Shown one piece after another: positions 59,091 to 64,000 of a DNA stretch of 64,000 nt. Location of the stretch: assembly GCA_903884815.1 (NCBI GenBank), contig CAISGE010000021.1, forward strand, positions 448 through 64,447, read 5' to 3'. Source of the DNA: Candidatus Omnitrophota bacterium. Lineage in GTDB: Bacteria; Omnitrophota; Omnitrophia; Omnitrophales; Aquincolibacteriaceae. Within the stretch, counting starts at the first letter, position 1, and each line of letters begins with the position of its first letter. The position numbers and the translations under genes are program-made. Below the pieces are notes generated by a model that saw only the letters and a program-made list of their open reading frames with translations, did not search any database and was not told the DNA's origin.

Positions 59091-59334
59091 ATCCTTTCAT
59101 GTTTCACGACCCAAGATAAATTAAAACAAATTCACACGAATTCTGAGACTTAAAAGATCTCGGAACCCATTGTTACCAATACCCACATATAGTGCTTCTC
59201 AGTTCTCTTCATCTCTAAAAAAAGTATATCCGCGCTCAAGTTCTTTGTCAAATATTCCGATGTTATAAGTTGCTATATCCTTATATATGCCTCCCTATAG
59301 AAGTTTTTAGGTGTAAAAATAAACGATAAAATCT

Positions 59335-59361
59335 TTTTCAAAACTCATGAGTTTTGAAGAA
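59335..59361. promoter_or_regulatory. Perfect 18-bp palindrome caaaactcatgagttttg (extends imperfectly to ~30 bp) in the 388-bp AT-rich region upstream of the giant gene; candidate operator/regulator binding site
   Basis: Read directly from the sequence. It lies ~250 bp upstream of the giant gene's GTG start (59090) and ~125 bp downstream of the def stop (59479). The intergenic region 59091..59478 is markedly AT-rich compared with the flanking coding DNA. Confidence 0.35.
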
Positions 59362-59478
59362 ATCGGAAGAAATACGAAACAGAGGAATTCCTGAGGATTT
59401 AAAAAAGGCGTGAAAAAGCACTTTCGAATGCTCGAAACTTCAAAACGGTCGCAACGAAATACATTTCAAATAAATTCG

Positions 59479-59973
59479 TTATTTTCTTAGTGGCCGCGGA
59501 AATAGGTCGGTCTTCAGACACGTGACATGATCGATAAAAAGAACGCCGTCCAAGTGGTCCACTTCATGCTCCACGCAAATCGCCTCGATCCCGGCGCATG
59601 TTTTTTCAAGAAATTCGCCACGCTCATTTTGCCAGCACACTCGTAGCCAACGATGACGTTTCAAAAACGCCGTATAATCAGGAAGACTCATACAGCCTTC
59701 CTTGCGCGCCTCAGGATCTCTTTTTTCCAGGATCACGGGATTCACCAGAATGAGCCGCTCCGTTCCCGATTCTCGTTTTGAAACATCCACCACCGCAACC
59801 GCTTTCAAAACCCCGATCTGCGGAGCCGCGATACCGATCCCGTGCGGCTGACTTTTCATCGTGCGAATGAGCGCGGCCACGAGTCTTAAAAGTGAGCGAT
59901 CGAAGGCTTTGACAGACTGAGTTTTTTTTCGGAGGATCGGATCGGGAAAGGTCCGGATGGGAACGGGCTTCAT
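59479..59973 (-). CDS. def: Peptide deformylase
   Basis: 164 aa with the three PDF motifs GIGIAAPQIG, EGCMSLP and HEVDHLDG. Confidence 0.92.
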   Translation of the reverse strand: MKPVPIRTFPDPILRKKTQSVKAFDRSLLRLVAALIRTMKSQPHGIGIAAPQIGVLKAVAVVDVSKRESGTERLILVNPVILEKRDPEARKEGCMSLPDYTAFLKRHRWLRVCWQNERGEFLEKTCAGIEAICVEHEVDHLDGVLFIDHVTCLKTDLFPRPLRK

Positions 59974-59978
59974 ACAGA

Positions 59979-60530
59979 TTATAATGAAACGCGTTCGAGA
60001 GGTTTAATCTGTATCTCGATCTTGAGTTGTTTCGACACTTTAGCCAACATCGTTTTTACTTTCGACAACACAGACAGTTTCGGGACATCGACCTCCAGAA
60101 GCATCGCATAAGTAGTCTTGGCACCCCGCCCTAGAATACGGCTATCGAGATCGGTAATATTGACCCGCAACGCGGCCAGTGCACGGCTGACCTCATAAAC
60201 GATCCCGGTGCGGTCCTTCCCAAACGCCGTGATCATGCACGGCAGAGAGCCTTTTGCGTGCTTCTTACCGCCCAGGGCTTTTCCCTTAAGTTCGGTCAGA
60301 TGGCAGACTAACGACCATGGCGTTTCCCGAAGCAGATCCAAGCCTTGAGCAACCCGGACCACCGCCGCCACGGAGGGCAAGCACGCCGTCATCATCATGG
60401 CAAATTGCCCTTCCAAAAGAGTCATACTAATATCTTCGAGATTGCATCCACGAGCAAATAAGAGACCGCTTACTTTAGCGATAATACCGGGTTTATCCTG
60501 ACCGCTCACCGTGATCATGATCTTTTTCAT
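59979..60530 (-). CDS. ACT-domain protein (two tandem ACT domains; GcvR/ACT-regulator-like)
   Basis: Start taken at MKKIMITVSGQDKPGIIAKVSGLLFARGCNLEDISM (60530), giving an ATGA overlap with the upstream gene's stop; the track ORF extends to 60584. A second ACT-like unit is GKDRTGIVYEVSRALAALRVNITDLDSR. Confidence 0.55.
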   Translation of the reverse strand: MKKIMITVSGQDKPGIIAKVSGLLFARGCNLEDISMTLLEGQFAMMMTACLPSVAAVVRVAQGLDLLRETPWSLVCHLTELKGKALGGKKHAKGSLPCMITAFGKDRTGIVYEVSRALAALRVNITDLDSRILGRGAKTTYAMLLEVDVPKLSVLSKVKTMLAKVSKQLKIEIQIKPLERVSL

Positions 60531-62173
60531 TGTTTTTTGGGCTCCTGTAATTGGGTAAGCAGACCCAGGCCTTGCGCGATCCACTGGCTCTGCTTCTGCT
60601 TTTTGGTAAGCTTCGTCGTCTGTGCCGCGCCTGTCACCGGGTCCACCGACGGCGCCTGCGCGGCCTTTTTCGTGCCAAGGATCCCGGAAAGCCCCTGATT
60701 CAGCAACTGATCCGCCCCCCCCTGGAGCATACGGGCGGCAATATAAGGCAAATCAGGTTGCACCGTGGTATCCGGAAAGGTACCGCTGTAGCGAAATGGG
60801 ATCATCACCTGACCATTCCGGTCCGCGATCATGCTGAGTTCACTTATCTTCTTGATCATGTAGGCGGAAATGGACTGAGACAAAAGAAGCTCCATGGAAC
60901 CGTCAACGCGCTGATCAAAAATGCCGTAGGTCCCCTTGCCCGCCAGTTGATAATTCGGATGGATCAGCCGGAATTCGCGAATCCTGAACATTCCACCTTC
61001 CACGGAATAAGCCACAGTCAGTGACTGAAAAGGCGTGTCCCTATCCTTCAGCATCTCACTGAGCTCGGGAGGTAATTCCCCGCCCAAAGCATTGGTAATC
61101 GCCATCACGGATGAAAGCCGGTCAAAGACTTCCTTGACCACATTCCGGTTTCGCAAAGCACCGTTCTGAATCCCGGTCGTTCCCTGCCCTTTGAGAGAGC
61201 GTTTCAGGATCGCGGGATTCGCGCCATCCAGCGAGATCTGGGCCTGGGTACTCAGCCGCCCGGAAACATAGTCGCCCTTCTTATAAACCTCCGGGATCAC
61301 CGGCTCCATATCCAGATCGCGAACCTCAAGCGTCCCCTCGAAATGCGGCATCGTACGGATCACCCTGAGCATCCCTTTGAACGCCACCTTTTCAGGACCG
61401 TAACGGAGCGTGAGATCAAGCGACTTTGTCGCAAGATCAAGATCCCCCTCCGCTTCAAGATTCTTTTGGGCGGCGTTCAACACGATTCCGGCGGCCGTGA
61501 AATGGAAGGAAGCCTCGTAGGATTTCTGACGTACCTCCGCTTCAAGGTCCTTCACGTCCAGACTAAAGGCCGGCTCGATCGTCTGATCCAGGAAATGGAC
61601 CGTTGCATCGCGAATCAGGATCTTTCCTATCCCGAACACCCAACCCTGCGTGACGCTCCCGAGGCTCTTCATCGAAAGGCTACCCGAGTCCTCGGCGGCT
61701 TCTGCCACGGGAATAAAACTGAGCTGAGAAAGCATCGGTGCGCCGGCTACGGCAGCAATCGGGAGTTTTTCGGCCGGCTGCCAATTCCATAAACCAGTTC
61801 GATCCCGTTTGAGAAATATCTCAGGACTTTGTATCGTCACCTGGGACGCGCCAAGTCGTTTCTGCCAAACCGATGTCAGATCGATATCAATGCGGACCTG
61901 ATCGCTCTGAAGAAGCTTCTCGAGACTTTTCAAGTGATAGAACTTCAGCCCTTGCACCCGAAGCTGCGGGGTGGGCCGCCACTGCAATTGGATATCGCCC
62001 AATTCCACGCGGAAACCGGACTGCCTCGCCAGCTGTCTTTCTATTTCAGGACGAAGCAGGTTCGGATCGAAATTCCGAAACGCAAAAAAGCCCGCCACGC
62101 CGAGAACGATCCCGAGTATCAAAAGCACGATCAGGATACCGCCCAGGACCTTCAAGAAACCGCGTAGGACCAT
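60527..62173 (-). CDS. AsmA-family (AsmA/TamB-like) outer-membrane biogenesis protein
   Basis: 548 aa. An N-terminal TM anchor (MVLRGFLKVLGGILIVLLILGIVLGVAGFFAF) followed by a long beta-rich periplasmic region, which is AsmA-like. Confidence 0.55.
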   Translation of the reverse strand: MVLRGFLKVLGGILIVLLILGIVLGVAGFFAFRNFDPNLLRPEIERQLARQSGFRVELGDIQLQWRPTPQLRVQGLKFYHLKSLEKLLQSDQVRIDIDLTSVWQKRLGASQVTIQSPEIFLKRDRTGLWNWQPAEKLPIAAVAGAPMLSQLSFIPVAEAAEDSGSLSMKSLGSVTQGWVFGIGKILIRDATVHFLDQTIEPAFSLDVKDLEAEVRQKSYEASFHFTAAGIVLNAAQKNLEAEGDLDLATKSLDLTLRYGPEKVAFKGMLRVIRTMPHFEGTLEVRDLDMEPVIPEVYKKGDYVSGRLSTQAQISLDGANPAILKRSLKGQGTTGIQNGALRNRNVVKEVFDRLSSVMAITNALGGELPPELSEMLKDRDTPFQSLTVAYSVEGGMFRIREFRLIHPNYQLAGKGTYGIFDQRVDGSMELLLSQSISAYMIKKISELSMIADRNGQVMIPFRYSGTFPDTTVQPDLPYIAARMLQGGADQLLNQGLSGILGTKKAAQAPSVDPVTGAAQTTKLTKKQKQSQWIAQGLGLLTQLQEPKKQ

Positions 62174-62616
62174 ACCCCCTCGCCTTTCTTCCGGGCTTCC
62201 GCCTGGACTTTCAGAAACTTAGCCTTGCGACTGAACTCTTGCGTCTCCGCCACTTTGGCCGCCCCTATTTCCAAAAGGAATTCATTGAGCAAAACTTCCT
62301 GCTCCCCCGGAGTCTCTCCCGGTTTTCCCGGGTGTTTGACAGATTTCGAAAGGAGATACACATAAGCAGACTTTTTACCGTCCACAGGGACATGAGTCAG
62401 AAGCTGCAGCTTCACGTCCTGCTTGTGCGCAAGCACCCGAAGGACTGAAACGCCCTCCTCATCCATAAGGATACCGGCCAGAACAACGCTCTTTCCATCC
62501 GCGAGAGTCAGTGTCCCGTCTTTCGCAACGTCAGTGACGACCTCGGCGAAGAGAACACCGGTCAGCACTGACATCCCGCACAAAAAGAAAAGCAAGGCCC
62601 GGGCTAAAGATCTCAC
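62152..62616 (-). CDS. Thermonuclease (SNase)-like exported protein
   Basis: 154 aa. Signal peptide MRSLARALLFFLCGMSVLTGVLFA. C-terminal LNEFLLEIGAAKVAE....KFLKVQAEARKKGEGVWS resembles the SNase family C-terminus (A.EA.AKK.K.GLW). The N-terminal VVTDVAKDGTLTLADG is only a loose match to the DGDT calcium site. The 3' end overlaps the AsmA-like start by 22 nt. Confidence 0.4.
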   Translation of the reverse strand: MRSLARALLFFLCGMSVLTGVLFAEVVTDVAKDGTLTLADGKSVVLAGILMDEEGVSVLRVLAHKQDVKLQLLTHVPVDGKKSAYVYLLSKSVKHPGKPGETPGEQEVLLNEFLLEIGAAKVAETQEFSRKAKFLKVQAEARKKGEGVWSYAVS

Positions 62617-62618
62617 GT

Positions 62619-63044
62619 CTAACGGACTCTTCCATCGTTAGAATCGATCTCGCTCAGCCCCAGGTCGACGGTCCGGTGTTTTTTCCGGAGAGCATTCAGC
62701 TCGAGTTGGCCCTCGGGATTATATTGGTAGAAACGCACAAGCTCTTTTTTGTTCAATACGATAGCATCACTATAGGCGCCCGGAATGCTCCAGAACCAAG
62801 AAAACGGCATAACTCTCCAGAGTTGCTTTTCTTCGGTCCCATGAGCGAGATACCAATAACCCGCGAAAGGCAATACGCACAGCCATGCCGCCACAGCAGG
62901 CTCTTTGACCTTCACGCTGCAGGTATTCACCCCGTAAGACTTCAGCTCATACACCGCATTCTTCTCGGACTGACTGAGCGACATACACCCGGAAAGCGAA
63001 ATCACTAAAAACGAAACCAAGAATAGCTTCAACAAACGTTCCAT
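62619..63044 (-). CDS. Hypothetical lipoprotein
   Basis: Start taken at MERLLKLFLVSFLVISLSGC (lipobox LSGC) rather than the track's 63080. Confidence 0.5.
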   Translation of the reverse strand: MERLLKLFLVSFLVISLSGCMSLSQSEKNAVYELKSYGVNTCSVKVKEPAVAAWLCVLPFAGYWYLAHGTEEKQLWRVMPFSWFWSIPGAYSDAIVLNKKELVRFYQYNPEGQLELNALRKKHRTVDLGLSEIDSNDGRVR

Positions 63045-63089
63045 TCCGTTCCTCCTTGTGGTTTTTCTTATTATACCCATTTCTCAAAA

Positions 63090-64000
63090 TCACTTGCCAA
63101 TCTTTTGCCGGGCCCAGGCAACAGCCTCTTCACGGTTCTTGAGAGTTCCTTCAAGCTGCAATTCGTAAGCTTCCTCCAGGATCGGCTTCATGAGCGGCCC
63201 GGGTTTTACACCCATTTCAATCAAATCATTGCCGTTCAAAAGAGCCCTGGGCTTAAGCTCCTCATGTTCATATTCCTTAAGCTTCTCCTTTAAAAAAGAA
63301 AGATTATCCAGCATTCCGTGGCTGGCCGTGCAATCGACACGGTGGAGCTCCATCTCCTGTTCAAAAAGCGGACGGCTGATAAATTGCTTGAGCTTCCCCT
63401 TGCGCATCTTTTGCACATCCATGAACTTCATGTGATTGCCCACGAACTCACAAACGCCGTCGATCTCCTCGTTAGAAAAGCGCAAACGCTGCATGATCTG
63501 TCGGGCGATCTTGACCCCTGCTTCCGAATGCTCATAAAAGGTCAGACGTCCCTTGCGTATCGCCGAGGTCTGTGGTTTTCCTATATCATGAAAGAGAGCG
63601 GAGAACGCGAGCACGGTCGAAACCGGCGGATGGAGGTGCTCCAAAAGAAGCCGCGTATGCTCAAAGACATCGCCCTCGGGATGGAATTGCTCAGGCTGCT
63701 TGACGCCCCGCATAGCCTCGACTTCCGGCAGCACCTCTTTCATGAGACCGGATTCAGAAAGAAGAACCATCCCCCGCGCCGCACCCGAACGTGTGAAGAT
63801 CTTGACGAGCTCCTCGCGGATGCGCTCGGGACTGACTGCATGGATCTCCGGAGCTTTGCGGAGGATCGCTTTCCAGGTCTTTTCTTCGATCTCAAAACCG
63901 AGGGTGGAAGCAAAACGGATCGCCCTCAAAAGGCGAAGCTTGTCTTCTTCAAAGCGCTTGGAGGGTTCGCCAATCGCGCGGAGGATCTTCTTCGGGAGGT
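63090..64000 (-). CDS. cca: CCA-adding tRNA nucleotidyltransferase / poly(A) polymerase-family protein with C-terminal HD domain (N-terminus lies beyond the window end)
   Basis: The frame stays open to nt 64000. The translation just upstream of the track start reads ...PKKILRAIGEPSKRFEEDKLRLLRAIRFASTLGF, the conserved EDxLRxLRAxRF neck motif of class II CCA enzymes. The HD motif FHDIGKP is downstream. Stop at 63090. Confidence 0.8.
   Translation of the reverse strand, partial: LPKKILRAIGEPSKRFEEDKLRLLRAIRFASTLGFEIEEKTWKAILRKAPEIHAVSPERIREELVKIFTRSGAARGMVLLSESGLMKEVLPEVEAMRGVKQPEQFHPEGDVFEHTRLLLEHLHPPVSTVLAFSALFHDIGKPQTSAIRKGRLTFYEHSEAGVKIARQIMQRLRFSNEEIDGVCEFVGNHMKFMDVQKMRKGKLKQFISRPLFEQEMELHRVDCTASHGMLDNLSFLKEKLKEYEHEELKPRALLNGNDLIEMGVKPGPLMKPILEEAYELQLEGTLKNREEAVAWARQKIGK

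Noticed and set aside
21114-58884. Numerous 60-400-aa ORFs in other frames or on the plus strand inside the giant gene (e.g. 48921..50117, 39390..40361, 36246..37250, 38383..38997, 57855..58814)
   Set aside because: None has recognisable motifs, RBSs or coherent composition, and all are interrupted by the pattern expected of shadow frames. The 38-kb minus-strand frame is unbroken and has consistent protein-like features throughout.
21000-59090. Possibility that the giant ORF is several adjacent genes or an assembly artefact
   Set aside because: There is no in-frame stop anywhere in 12,696 codons, and domain boundaries do not coincide with candidate start sites or RBSs. An artefact cannot be fully excluded at the 219-bp near-identical repeats (copy number), but that would not break the frame because the period is a multiple of 3.
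62152-62173. 22-nt overlap between the SNase-like gene 3' end and the AsmA-like gene start as a sign of a mis-called start
   Set aside because: Alternative AsmA starts downstream would remove the N-terminal TM anchor that AsmA proteins require. Modest overlaps are common in operons, so the coordinates were retained.
1-64000. CRISPR arrays, tRNA/rRNA genes, IS elements or prophage
   Set aside because: Intergenic regions (8078-8386, 18277-18385, 18833-19076, 20880-20999, 59091-59478) contain no tRNA-like cloverleaf signatures (no GTTCGAATC-type T-arm), no spacer-repeat periodicity, and no integrase or transposase ORFs. All repeats found are in-frame and intragenic.

Overview
This 64-kb window is dominated by two exceptionally large protein-coding genes flanking a block of ordinary housekeeping genes; it reads as a Gram-negative-type (diderm) chromosome segment of roughly 55-60% GC. 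(1) A plus-strand ORF of at least 2,669 aa (68..8077) whose frame is still open at nt 2, so its 5' end probably lies upstream of the window. It contains a tandemly duplicated transmembrane hairpin, a 300-bp tandem repeat array and an internal Tat-signal-like motif. (2) A single uninterrupted 38,091-nt minus-strand ORF (21000..59090) encoding 12,696 aa. From N to C I can read in it: a Sec-type signal peptide, about 2,000 aa of YD/RHS-like beta repeats, a near-identical 219-bp tandem repeat array, a second YD-like block, a roughly 560-aa multi-helix hydrophobic block, an SF2/DExH-type ATPase motif set (GGGKT, DEIH, QNQGRIGRT), a duplicated alpha-helical module, an MH-clan (M20/M42-like) metallopeptidase motif set with a D-to-N substitution, a C-terminal helical hairpin and a terminal HELRH zincin-like motif. 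This giant composite gene is the standout candidate for an undescribed system (giant secreted/surface multi-enzyme toxin or predation/adhesion effector). Between the giants lie dnaK; a complete MoxR-DUF58-VWA (Bat-like aerotolerance) cluster preceded by three paralogous signal-peptide/TM proteins, with a BatB/BatC-like fusion carrying an unusual roughly 200-aa Q/D/K-rich low-complexity tail; a GatB/YqeY-domain gene; and a TPR-containing polytopic membrane protein. Beyond the giant gene's 5' end are a 388-bp AT-rich control region with a perfect 18-bp palindrome, then def, an ACT-domain protein, an AsmA-family protein, a thermonuclease-like protein, a lipoprotein and a CCA-adding enzyme gene truncated by the window edge. 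No rRNA, tRNA, CRISPR array, transposase or integrase was recognised. All domain calls are from reading the translations by eye; no database search was run.
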